IMG/VR virus record: IMGVR_UViG_3300017553_000007
Location: 1-33,165 of that record
Length of the DNA: 33,165 nucleotides
Direction: 5' to 3' (one strand)
DNA from: a virus
Taxonomy: Duplodnaviria; Caudoviricetes
Both the position numbers and the translations under genes were made by a program. This document shows, in pieces, positions 1 to 8,162 of this stretch (within the stretch, counting starts at the first letter, position 1; each line of letters begins with the position of its first letter). The notes beneath the pieces were generated by a model. It was not told the origin of the DNA and did no database searches. It saw nothing but the letters and a program-made list of their open reading frames with translations.

Positions 1-1
1 G

Positions 2-97
2 CAGGAGAAGATGGCCCAGTGCAACAAGGACGCCGCGGCCAAGGCGCTGAAGGGCGATGAGCGCAAGACGTTCATGAGTGGGTGCCTGAAGAAATAG
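2..97 (+). CDS. psiF: 3' end of host PsiF-family protein (truncated by window edge)
   Basis: Frame 2 reads QEKMAQCNKDAAAKALKGDERKTFMSGCLKK*, matching the PsiF repeat pattern (Q-KM--CN--A----LKG--RK-FMS-CL). Confidence 0.8.
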   Translation, partial: QEKMAQCNKDAAAKALKGDERKTFMSGCLKK

Positions 98-131
98 CGG
101 GGGCGGGGCGCAGGTGTGGCCGGTGAACCCG

Positions 132-199
132 ATCGCGGACAAGGTCCGCTCCTACGCCCGTGCTTCCCTGTAACCGTAGGAGCGGACTCCGTCCGCGAT
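132..199. repeat. Inverted REP doublet (GTAG family)
   Basis: ATCGCGGACAAGGTCCGCTCCTAC (132-155) and GTAGGAGCGGACTCCGTCCGCGAT (176-199) are inverted copies, each with a GTAG foot and a GCGGAC...GTCCGC palindrome. Confidence 0.8.
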
Positions 200-228
200 T
201 CGGCGGATAACGCCGTACGCCAAGCCCA

Positions 229-349
229 CCGTAGGGCGTATAACCGTTCGCGGTTATCCGCCGACACACCCAAGCCCCCAGCCAACGCCCAGGTCAGCCC
301 CGGAGCCGCCGGGCGCCAAGGCCAAACGGCGGATAACGCGGAGCGTTAT
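229..349. repeat. Second GTAG REP doublet; distal copy is split by the prophage
   Basis: CCGTAGGGCGTATAACCGTTCGCGGTTATCCGCCG (229-263). The inverted partner begins at 327-349 (CGGCGGATAACGCGGAGCGTTAT) and is completed at 33048-33058 (TCGCCCTACGG). Confidence 0.8.
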
Positions 350-519
350 TGTGAGCTAGTGGGAGTATTGGCACAGGACCGGAGGAAGCCGGAAGAGCCC
401 GGAAGTGGCCGGAGAGCCCCGGATGGCGCGGGCCTTGGGAGAACAGCTGGATGAAGTAGTGCCAAAGCTGTGAAATTCGACTAGAGCGAAATTTGACGGG
501 GGTAATTGGCACTACCCCC
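350..519. promoter_or_regulatory. Left end (attL) with putative transposase-binding sites
   Basis: TTGGCA at 368-373 (nt 19-24 from the end), TGCCAA at 460-465 (inverted), TTGGCA at 506-511; same core as the right-end sites. Confidence 0.7.
379..423 (+). repeat. Five CCGGA pentamers at exact 10-bp phase
   Basis: CCGGA starts at 379, 389, 399, 409 and 419. Confidence 0.8.
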
Positions 520-537
520 TGCGCCCCGGAACCAGCC

Positions 538-1272
538 CTAAATCAGCCAGCCCCCAGCCCACACGGCACGGCCGACAATCTGCAGCTCATTGAGCCGAGC
601 CTTTGGGACCACCATGACCTGGTAGGCCTTGTTCTCGCTTATGACATGAACGGAGCCGTCGAACTGGCGTTGGAGCCTTTTGGCATACAGGTGGTCATCA
701 AGCAGGATGACGTAGACGCCTTCCCCCTCAAGGGTATTGCGGCTTTCGTCGATCATCACGGTGTCGTCGTCTTCTATCAGCCCCAGCATCGAATCACCAT
801 CATTTCGGAGGCAGGACAACGTTTCCGGGTTGAGCCCTTTCTTTCGAAGGCTGTAGCGCGTGAACGCCAGGTGCGCCAGCACGCGCGCGCGTTCGTTCCA
901 AGCTCCGTGCCCTGAACTGCAACGAGCGTCATAGAGAGGGATATACGCGTAAATATCCTCCGGAGCCTTGTCCTTAGCCGCTTTGGGCTGAGGGGTGGTG
1001 AACTTCTCACCTTCTCCCGTCATCAGCCAAAGCAAGTTTACTTCGCAGCTTCTGGCGAGACTGATCAGAACCCGGCGTGTTGGCTCCCCTCCCTTCAGGT
1101 AGCGCTGCAGACCTCCCTGGGAGATTCCAGCAGCACGCGCTAAAGCAGTTACGCTCCCCGCCATAGAAGCCATCTCTCGCAGTCTCTCAATGAAGGCGCT
1201 GTCGCTTTCAGCTTCCCCCTCGGAACTTGAAAGCAGCTGATCTTCGGCGTTTTCAACTTTCAACTTTTGCAA
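538..1272 (-). CDS. Prophage repressor: XRE-type HTH plus S24 peptidase (CI/LexA-like); start uncertain
   Basis: HTH (VTALARAAGISQGGLQRYLKGGEPT), S24 motifs GDSM and AKRL, C-terminal IVGRAVW; divergent from ner at the left end. Confidence 0.9.
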   Translation of the reverse strand: MQKLKVENAEDQLLSSSEGEAESDSAFIERLREMASMAGSVTALARAAGISQGGLQRYLKGGEPTRRVLISLARSCEVNLLWLMTGEGEKFTTPQPKAAKDKAPEDIYAYIPLYDARCSSGHGAWNERARVLAHLAFTRYSLRKKGLNPETLSCLRNDGDSMLGLIEDDDTVMIDESRNTLEGEGVYVILLDDHLYAKRLQRQFDGSVHVISENKAYQVMVVPKARLNELQIVGRAVWAGGWLI

Positions 1273-1282
1273 CCCATTGATT
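1270..1282 (-). promoter_or_regulatory. Putative IHF site
   Basis: Minus strand AATCAATGGGTTG matches WATCAANNNNTTR exactly, with an adjacent AT-rich tract; position equivalent to the Mu operator IHF site. Confidence 0.65.
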
Positions 1283-1320
1283 TATAAGCAATAAATTCTA
1301 TAGAGGTCGCTATGGCATCG

Positions 1321-1377
1321 GATAGAAGTTGAAAATTCGCTATAGCACTTGAATTTCAACTTCTATCGCACTATGTT
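1321..1377 (+). promoter_or_regulatory. Operator palindrome overlapping the early promoter
   Basis: 14-bp perfect arms GATAGAAGTTGAAA (1321-1334) and TTTCAACTTCTATC (1354-1367); -35 TTGAAT (1349-1354), 17-nt spacer, -10 TATGTT (1372-1377). Confidence 0.65.
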
Positions 1378-1436
1378 TATCCGCAACAGGCTGTTAGACG
1401 GCCCTAAAAAACCACCCGCCAAGATGGTTGTTGCTG

Positions 1437-1763
1437 ATGAACCTAGCAGACATGCCACATGACCCCGCCCAGCGCTGGGAGTGGATCAAGTACCAACTGC
1501 GCCTTCGGGAGTGCTCGACCGCCAAGCTGGCACGCCAGCTTGGCGTTACGGACCGGGCAATCCGGGCCGTCAAGACGACGCCGTACCCCCGCATGGAGCG
1601 CGCCATTGCCGAAGCCCTCGGCGTCAAGACACAGGAGCTATGGCCCGAACGCTGGGACAGCGAAGGCAATCCCAAACGGCAGCGGCCCAACCGCGCAGAA
1701 AGCCGTGCCAAGGATAGCCGTTACTCTCCTGTTCCGCACCGTAAAACCGGCACGGAGGCTTGA
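1437..1763 (+). CDS. ner: Ner-like (Nlp/SfsB family) DNA-binding regulator
   Basis: IKYQLRLRECSTAKLARQLGV...PYPRMERAIAEALGVKTQELWPERW is the Ner pattern; first early gene; ATG 1437 preferred over TTG 1428. Confidence 0.85.
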   Translation: MNLADMPHDPAQRWEWIKYQLRLRECSTAKLARQLGVTDRAIRAVKTTPYPRMERAIAEALGVKTQELWPERWDSEGNPKRQRPNRAESRAKDSRYSPVPHRKTGTEA

Positions 1764-1765
1764 AC

Positions 1766-2209
1766 ATGCGTCACGGAAAAGACGACCGCACCCTGAATAT
1801 TGAGTTCGATGTTCCCCAGCCCGTAGCTGTCAGCTCTTGCGACTTCCGGGTGCAGGTCAGCGAAATCGTTAGCGAGATTCTGGACGGTGCAAAGCTGGCA
1901 GGCCTGCAGCGCTGCGACATCGCCGCACAAATGTCCCGCGCCTCCGGCGAGGACATCAGCAAGCACATGCTCGACGCGTGGTCGTCCCCGGCCCGCGTTG
2001 ACCACAACCTGCCGTTCTATAGAGCTGCGCTACTGGAACAGGTCTGCGGCACCCATCGCCTGACTGACCTTCTCGTTGAAATCCGAGGCGGCCGAGTCGC
2101 CTACGGCCGCGACGCGCTGCTGGCCGAGTTGGGCCGGCAAGAGCGCATCCGCGAGGAAGCGACTCGAAAGGCACGCGAACTGCGGCGCCATCTGGGGGGT
2201 GGGGCATGA
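1766..2209 (+). CDS. Phage hypothetical protein (possible DNA-binding)
   Basis: GGAGG at 1754-1758 before ATG 1766; ATGA-coupled to the next gene. Confidence 0.7.
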   Translation: MRHGKDDRTLNIEFDVPQPVAVSSCDFRVQVSEIVSEILDGAKLAGLQRCDIAAQMSRASGEDISKHMLDAWSSPARVDHNLPFYRAALLEQVCGTHRLTDLLVEIRGGRVAYGRDALLAELGRQERIREEATRKARELRRHLGGGA

Positions 2210-2445
2210 GGCCGTCGCACTTGAAGCCAGGTACTTGGCTGCTGATTCGCGAAGCCTTTGGCACCGGTGAGTATCGCGCCCGCTTCGAGGGCCGTACTCC
2301 TGCCCAAGGCAAGGGGCGTCCGGCTGTCAACCGCCTGTTTAACCCTGAATGGATCGGCTTGTCCGGCGCAGATGATCACGGCATCGCAACCATTAGCGAC
2401 TACGAACTAGCCCGGCGCGGACGCCTGCTGGGAGATCGCCCATGA
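2206..2445 (+). CDS. Hypothetical protein
   Basis: ATGA overlaps at both ends within the early operon. Confidence 0.65.
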   Translation: MRPSHLKPGTWLLIREAFGTGEYRARFEGRTPAQGKGRPAVNRLFNPEWIGLSGADDHGIATISDYELARRGRLLGDRP

Positions 2446-2636
2446 ATCGTATTCCTCAGGCGCTGCTCGACGATCTGCGCAACGCGACCGAATACCACAA
2501 CTACGTCCAACAGTGCCCGCCTGTTGCGGCGTTGAAAGACGACAAGACCGCCAGCGAATGGCTGCTTACTGCAGCGCTCAACCTCGGCGCAGCCCTGATC
2601 GAAGCCCACTCTGCCGGCGAGGTGCCCCATGCGTAA
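2442..2636 (+). CDS. Hypothetical protein
   Basis: GGAG SD; coupled to the upstream gene and overlapping the transposase start. Confidence 0.6.
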   Translation: MNRIPQALLDDLRNATEYHNYVQQCPPVAALKDDKTASEWLLTAALNLGAALIEAHSAGEVPHA

Positions 2637-4680
2637 GTGGTTTACTGCGCAAGAGCTGGCAGGCTTACCGGGCCTTCCTGGAACCGTTCAAGGTGTAAAT
2701 CACCGTGCAAGGCGAGAGGGTTGGGAGGCTCAGTTGCGTCTTGCTCAAGGAGGCGGACGCGAGTTCTCCTTCGCCGTCCTCCCTGCCGAAACCCAGGCCG
2801 CCCTGCTGGCCCGCCTGGTGCAGCAGGAAGAGCCGCAGCAGGCTCCGCAACCCACTGCCCCGCACGCGCTCATTACGCCTAAGCGTGACGGCATTTCCGC
2901 GTCACGCTTGAACGATGATCAGCGCGAGGTCATGACCGCGCGTATCGCCATCATTCGCGAGATCGAGCGCATGAGCCAGATGGTCAGCCAGCAGCGGGCC
3001 ATCCTGACGCTTGTCGGCCTGGCCCGTGACAGCAAGCTCAGCCCCTACCTGGCCGGCCAGGTGGAGCGCGCAAACGACCGCAAGACGCCCGACCGCACCT
3101 TGAGCGAGCGCACACTCAAGCGCTGGCTGGCGGACTACCGCAAGCACGGCGAGATTGCGTTGGCCCCCGTGCGGCGCAAGCCCAACATGAGCATTCCGAG
3201 CTGGGCGCCGGTCTTCCTCAAGCACTACCAGCGCCCGCAGAAGCCGAGCGTTGAAGCGGCTTATGCAGCGTTCGCCGCCGAGAACCCCGGCTGCCCGAGC
3301 ATTCATGCCGTGCGCCGCTTCCTCGCCAAGTTGAGCCCGGAGGCTCGCGAGCAGGGCCGCATGGGCAGCCGCGAGCTGAAAGCGCTACAGCCCTTCAAGC
3401 GCCGTCAGGCCCATCAGCTGTGGCCCAACGACGTGTGGGTGGCGGACGGCCACACGTTCGACGCGGAAATCATCAACCCGCTGACGGGGCAAATCTTCCG
3501 CCCGGAAATCACCCTGGTCATCGACTGGGCAACCCGCCGGATCACGGGCTTTTCCGTCAACCTGGCCGAGTCGACGCTGGCGACACTCGACACGCTGCGC
3601 GACGGTGTCAGCCGCTGCGGCATGTACAAGGTGCTGTACGTCGACAACGGCGGCGGCTTCGATAACGCCGACGTCTACGAGGTCAACGACCGCTTGGGTG
3701 GCGAAATCACGCACTCCCTACCGTACAACTCCCAGGCGCGGGGCGTTATCGAGCGGGCGCACCGGACCATCCTGGTGCGACTGGCGAAGGACTTCGACAG
3801 CTACATGGGCGCGGACATGGACAATGAAGCCGCTACCCGTGTCCATCGCCTGTCCCGCAAGCAACTGGCAGAAGGCATCACCCCCACTCAGATTCCCGAG
3901 TTCGGCACCTTCTTCGCCAAGCTGCAGGATGCCCTGGACGCCTACAACCACGCTCCGCACCGCGGGCTTCGGAAGGTCCGCGACATCGCCACCGGCCTGA
4001 TGCGACACCAATCGCCCATGGAGGCCTGGAAGTCCGCTATCGCCGAAGGCTGGGAGCCTCTGCAGGCATCGGCCGACATCGTTGCCAGCGTGACGCGACC
4101 GCAGGTCGTCCGCACCACCAACCGGGGCGAGGTCCGCTTCAGCGGCAACATCTACTTCTTGGACGCCCTGCGTGACATCCACGGCGAACAGGTCCGCGTT
4201 GCCTACGACTTCCGCGACGCCAGCCGGGTGTGGGTTTACGACATGGACGGCGAGCTTATCGGGGAGGCTCTGCTCGATGGCAACGCCACTCCGGCGATGC
4301 CGGCGTCCCTGCTGGAGAAGGCAGCCGACAAGCGCGAGCGCGGCCAACTGGCGCGCCTGGTGAAGAAGGCCAAGACGCTGACCGGCCAGGACGTGGAAAT
4401 CCGCGTGCTGCCGCAAGGACAGCCCAGCGCCGAGCTGGCACCGGAACAACTGGCCGATGCGCGCCAGGTGGCCGCCCGGCTGGCAGCCGCGGAACCGGTC
4501 TTCACGCTGCCCGACGACCGCATGTCCCGCTACCACCTGTGGAACCGCCTTGCCGCCCGCCGCGATGCAGGCGAGCCCCTGACCGCTGCCGAATCCCAAT
4601 GGCTGGAGAGTTACGCCAAGCACCCGGACCTGGCGTCCGTGCGCCGCGTCTTCGAGTTCGCCGCCACCGCTACCGCTTAA
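2629..4680 (+). CDS. MuA-like DDE transposase
   Basis: N-terminal Mu-type HTH (WFTAQELAGLPGLPGT); DDE motifs VWVADGH, LYVDNG, RGVIER; Mu C-terminal barrel (VRVAYDFRDASRVWVYD). Confidence 0.95.
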   Translation: MRKWFTAQELAGLPGLPGTVQGVNHRARREGWEAQLRLAQGGGREFSFAVLPAETQAALLARLVQQEEPQQAPQPTAPHALITPKRDGISASRLNDDQREVMTARIAIIREIERMSQMVSQQRAILTLVGLARDSKLSPYLAGQVERANDRKTPDRTLSERTLKRWLADYRKHGEIALAPVRRKPNMSIPSWAPVFLKHYQRPQKPSVEAAYAAFAAENPGCPSIHAVRRFLAKLSPEAREQGRMGSRELKALQPFKRRQAHQLWPNDVWVADGHTFDAEIINPLTGQIFRPEITLVIDWATRRITGFSVNLAESTLATLDTLRDGVSRCGMYKVLYVDNGGGFDNADVYEVNDRLGGEITHSLPYNSQARGVIERAHRTILVRLAKDFDSYMGADMDNEAATRVHRLSRKQLAEGITPTQIPEFGTFFAKLQDALDAYNHAPHRGLRKVRDIATGLMRHQSPMEAWKSAIAEGWEPLQASADIVASVTRPQVVRTTNRGEVRFSGNIYFLDALRDIHGEQVRVAYDFRDASRVWVYDMDGELIGEALLDGNATPAMPASLLEKAADKRERGQLARLVKKAKTLTGQDVEIRVLPQGQPSAELAPEQLADARQVAARLAAAEPVFTLPDDRMSRYHLWNRLAARRDAGEPLTAAESQWLESYAKHPDLASVRRVFEFAATATA

Positions 4681-4718
4681 CAAACGGGCCGCCGGAGAGC
4701 GGCCAAAGGAGTGAAGCA

Positions 4719-5438
4719 ATGAGTAAGTCCATGATTGCCCCTCTGACCAACGTCGGCCTGCTGTCCAGCGCCATCGACCGCGCAATGCAGCGTCCGCTGG
4801 GCCTGCCCGGCCTGGTCGTCATGTACGGGGCCTCCGGCCTGGGCAAGTCGGTAAGCGCCGCCTTCGCCGCCAACATGCACCGCGCCTACTACGTCGAGTG
4901 CCGCGATACCTGGTCGAAAAAGGCCTTCCTGCTCGCAATCCTCCGTGAGATGGGCCTGGCCCCCAGCCGCACCCTGAGCGAGATGGTCGACCAGGTCGCC
5001 GAGCAACTGTCGCGCTCGGGCCGCCCGCTGCTGGTGGATGACGCCCAGTACCTGCTGGACAAGGCTGTCGCGAACGTCATCACCGATATCTACAACGCCA
5101 GCCAAGGCACCATCGTGCTGATCGGTGAAGAGCGCGTTCCCGGCAGCCTGGCAAAGCTGGAGCGCCTGCACAACCGCGTCCTGGAATGGGTGCCAGCACA
5201 GCCGGCCACCCTGGACGACCTGCGCACGTTGGCCAGCGCCACCTATCCAAGCCTGGAAATCGAGGACGAGCTGCTGGACGACCTGCGTCAGAAGACTCGC
5301 GGCTGCCTGCGCCGTGCCGCTGTGAACCTCTACCGCATCAGCACCGAGGCCCAGGCCCATGGCGTCAGCCGCTTCGGCATGGCCCATTGGGGGAAACGCC
5401 CCTGGTTCACCGGGGAAGCCCCGGCGCGGAGGGCTTGA
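4719..5438 (+). CDS. MuB-like AAA+ transposition ATPase
   Basis: Walker A GASGLGKS, Walker B LLVDDAQYL; AAGGAG SD before ATG 4719; follows the transposase. Confidence 0.9.
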   Translation: MSKSMIAPLTNVGLLSSAIDRAMQRPLGLPGLVVMYGASGLGKSVSAAFAANMHRAYYVECRDTWSKKAFLLAILREMGLAPSRTLSEMVDQVAEQLSRSGRPLLVDDAQYLLDKAVANVITDIYNASQGTIVLIGEERVPGSLAKLERLHNRVLEWVPAQPATLDDLRTLASATYPSLEIEDELLDDLRQKTRGCLRRAAVNLYRISTEAQAHGVSRFGMAHWGKRPWFTGEAPARRA

Positions 5439-5440
5439 GC

Positions 5441-6238
5441 ATGGCCCGCAAGCCCGTACACCTGGCAATGGTCGGCGGCAAGGCCCCCAGGCAGCACATG
5501 TGGGAGGCCATTCGCTCTCTGTCCCGCGATCCGAAGGCCCTGACCACCTACAACGTCGCACGGCTCTCCGGCCAGGACGACGAGGCCGTGCATAGCTACC
5601 TGCGCGACCTGGCCACGGCCGGCATCGTCCAGCGCCTGGAGGTGCTGAGCAAACGCAACTACCGGTGGAAGCTGGAGACGGACGAGGGTGCCGAGGCCCC
5701 GCGCGTCAACAAGCGCGGCGAGCGCGTGCCGCCGCCGGCTGTGGAAAGCATCTGGCGCACGCTGCGCATCCTGGGCGAGATGAGCGCCGCCGAGGCGGCA
5801 GAGCACGCCAGCGTCAACGGCGTGACCATGACCGAACAGGCGGCCCGCATCTACCTGCAGGGGCTGACCCTCGCCGGCTACGTCACCCGTACCGACGGGA
5901 CCCCAGGCAAGCCCGCCCGCTATCACCTGGTTCGCCAGCGCTACACCGGCCCGCAGCACCCGGTCTATCAGCGCAGCACTTTCGAGCAGGTCTACGACCC
6001 GAACCTGGACCAGGTGGTGTGGAGCAAGGGCGACGGGGAAAGCTCGGAGCTGGCCGGCCTCCGACTTGAAAAGGCCCGTCTGGAGCGGTTGCTGATCGAC
6101 CTGTGCGCGGCCAGCCGACCGGTAAGCACGTTAGCGGACCGCATGATTGCCCAGTTCCACCGGGATGACAGTGAGCGGTCAGAGGGCATCGCGGCCCTGC
6201 GCACGTTCTATGACCTGGTGCGCGAGGTGCGCGCATGA
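5441..6238 (+). CDS. Hypothetical protein, probably tandem winged-helix
   Basis: GGAGG SD; two similar segments (MWEAIR..YLRDLATAGIV and IWRTLR..YLQGLTLAGYV); typical position after MuB. Confidence 0.7.
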   Translation: MARKPVHLAMVGGKAPRQHMWEAIRSLSRDPKALTTYNVARLSGQDDEAVHSYLRDLATAGIVQRLEVLSKRNYRWKLETDEGAEAPRVNKRGERVPPPAVESIWRTLRILGEMSAAEAAEHASVNGVTMTEQAARIYLQGLTLAGYVTRTDGTPGKPARYHLVRQRYTGPQHPVYQRSTFEQVYDPNLDQVVWSKGDGESSELAGLRLEKARLERLLIDLCAASRPVSTLADRMIAQFHRDDSERSEGIAALRTFYDLVREVRA

Positions 6239-6618
6239 CTCGCGTCGACCTGTCCGCCTGGGGCGAGCAGCCCCCGGCCTGGGTGGTCCTGCTTGCCGCC
6301 GAGGTTCAGCAAACCAATCGCACCCGAGCCGGCGAGCGCATCGGCATGAGCCGCTCGGCCGTCAGCCTTGTGCTCTCCAACCGCTACCCGTCGCCGTCCA
6401 CCGCTGCCGTCGAGCGCCGCGTAGTCGAGGCCCTCGGCGCCCTGGACTGCCCAGCACTCGACGCACGCATCAGCGTCGTCGAGTGCCAAGAGTTCCGCGA
6501 AATGCGGGCCCCGACTCACAACCCACACGCCATGCAGCGCTGGCGCGCATGCCAGCACTGCCCCTTGAACCCCAACTGCGCGAAAGCCCTGGAGGCGAGC
6601 GATGCAACCCAGCACTAA
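6235..6618 (+). CDS. HTH plus Cys-cluster putative regulator
   Basis: TRAGERIGMSRSAVSLVLSNRY HTH; C..C..CQHCP C-terminus; ATGA coupling. Confidence 0.7.
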   Translation: MTRVDLSAWGEQPPAWVVLLAAEVQQTNRTRAGERIGMSRSAVSLVLSNRYPSPSTAAVERRVVEALGALDCPALDARISVVECQEFREMRAPTHNPHAMQRWRACQHCPLNPNCAKALEASDATQH

Positions 6619-6931
6619 CGCTCCACTGAAAGTCCTCACCCCGCAGTTTGCCGAGCGCCTGCGGACCTTCAACGAAGCCAGCCGCACGTTGCAGCGCATG
6701 GGCATCCGCCTGCACCGCATCGAGCCGGCCGTGAACCGCCTGACCATCGCGCCGGAGGATGGTCGCCGCCTCGTCCAGCTGCGCATGGTGGCCGGCTTCC
6801 AACGCCAAGCCTCTGCTGGCAGCACGCGCTACATCGCGCAGTTCCAGGGCGTCGAGTTGGTCTGGTCAGAGCCCATCAGCTATCGCGACTTCGCCCGCCC
6901 CACCAGCCCCATCGACCTGACTTTCCATTGA
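6602..6931 (+). CDS. Hypothetical protein
   Basis: GGAGG SD; in operon. Confidence 0.7.
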   Translation: MQPSTNAPLKVLTPQFAERLRTFNEASRTLQRMGIRLHRIEPAVNRLTIAPEDGRRLVQLRMVAGFQRQASAGSTRYIAQFQGVELVWSEPISYRDFARPTSPIDLTFH

Positions 6932-6948
6932 CCAACAGGAGCAACCCC

Positions 6949-7566
6949 ATGAACGCAACTGCAATTCCTGCCGGCTACCGGTACGACGCCCAGCGCCGTC
7001 TGGTGCATGAAGACATGATCAAGCCCATCGACCAGGCCCGCGACAAGCTGGTGCTGGAGCTGGTCGACAAGGCCCAGGCCCTGAGCAAGCAACTGGCCGA
7101 GTTCAAAATGAGCGCCTTCGGCGACGTCGCCGCCTTCGTTGACATGTCCGTCGAAGAGTACGGCGTCAAGCGCCGTGGCACGAAAGGCAACGTGTCGCTG
7201 TTGAGCTTTGACGGCCGCTACATGATCAAGAAGGCCGTGCAGGAGTCCATCCAGTTCGACGAGCGCCTGCTCGCTGCGCGTGCGCTGATCGACGAGTGCC
7301 TGCTCGAATGGACCGAGGGCGCCCGCCCTGAGGTGGTTGCTCTGATCAATGACGCCTTCCGCACCGACACCAAGGGCGAAATCCGCACCGCCCGCGTGCT
7401 CGCGCTGCGGCGGCTGAACATCACCGACGAGCGCTGGCAAAAGGCGATGCAAGCCATTGGCGAGGCCTGCCAGGTTGCCGGCTCCAAGGACTACATCCGT
7501 GTCTATGAGCGAGTCGGCGACACGGACCAGTGGAAGGCCATCCCGCTCGACATCGCGGGGGTGTAA
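6949..7566 (+). CDS. DUF3164-like protein
   Basis: IKPIDQARD..KGNVSLLSFDGRY..FDERL..W.KAM.AI..YIRVYER..IPLDIA pattern; AGGAG SD before ATG 6949. Confidence 0.8.
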   Translation: MNATAIPAGYRYDAQRRLVHEDMIKPIDQARDKLVLELVDKAQALSKQLAEFKMSAFGDVAAFVDMSVEEYGVKRRGTKGNVSLLSFDGRYMIKKAVQESIQFDERLLAARALIDECLLEWTEGARPEVVALINDAFRTDTKGEIRTARVLALRRLNITDERWQKAMQAIGEACQVAGSKDYIRVYERVGDTDQWKAIPLDIAGV

Positions 7567-7568
7567 CC

Positions 7569-7874
7569 ATGGCCGCTCGCAAGCAACAGCTCTGCGTCGT
7601 CACCCTGGGATATGAGCGATTCCTGCTGCCTCAAGGTGACGCCCTCAAGATGATCGACATCATGAGCCGCGCTGCCAAGGTGGATATCGACTACACCACC
7701 AGCGGAGGCCTCAAGTACCTCGTCCGCGAGACGCCTGACGCAGAGCTGACGGTGGTACGCCCTGGTCAGTTGGTCATGCCTCAGGCCGAAGCGGTCCCGG
7801 CTGCACCTCGCGCCCGGCGGAAGTCTACGCCCCAGCTGGAGCACAACCCCATCCGACTGCTGGGGGACTTCTGA
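7569..7874 (+). CDS. Hypothetical protein
   Basis: ATG 2 nt after the previous stop; in operon. Confidence 0.65.
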   Translation: MAARKQQLCVVTLGYERFLLPQGDALKMIDIMSRAAKVDIDYTTSGGLKYLVRETPDAELTVVRPGQLVMPQAEAVPAAPRARRKSTPQLEHNPIRLLGDF

Positions 7875-7876
7875 TC

Positions 7877-8161
7877 ATGGCGAAAATCTTTGCAGTCTGC
7901 CGCATCGACGGCCTGATCGAGCTGCGCGAGGGGCGCCCCGGCGAGGGCTATTTCGCCCTCGCTATAGGCGAGCTGGCGAGCGTGCAACAGGCAATCCTCG
8001 CTACCGCCGAGCCACAGGTGACGGAGGGCGGAACGGTGGTTCGCCGCGTGCCGGGCGTGAGCTCCGAGGCCAGCGCCCGCGAGAACCTGGGCGCCATCGC
8101 TCGCTACATCCAAACCCTGGGCCAGCAGGATCGGCCTGCCTTCCGAGCGCTGGGGGTGTGA
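7877..8161 (+). CDS. Hypothetical early protein
   Basis: GGGGGA SD; tight operon packing. Confidence 0.7.
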   Translation: MAKIFAVCRIDGLIELREGRPGEGYFALAIGELASVQQAILATAEPQVTEGGTVVRRVPGVSSEASARENLGAIARYIQTLGQQDRPAFRALGV

Positions 8162-8162
8162 C

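Noticed and set aside
379-423. Possible mini CRISPR array
   Set aside because: 5-bp repeats with 5-bp spacers are far too short, and there are no cas genes
116-454. 112-aa plus-strand ORF
   Set aside because: It runs across REP repeats and the host-phage junction, so it cannot be a pre-existing gene
498-519. GGGGGTA...TACCCCC hairpin as the repressor terminator
   Set aside because: No adjacent U-tract on the minus strand, and it overlaps a putative transposase site; left unassigned
493-915. 140-aa plus-strand ORF
   Set aside because: It is antisense to the conserved S24 domain of the repressor
4230-4718. Long N-terminal extensions in the ORF track (MuB from 4230; likewise 5186, 13672, 27358)
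   Set aside because: They overlap upstream genes in another frame; downstream ATGs have SD sequences or stop-start coupling
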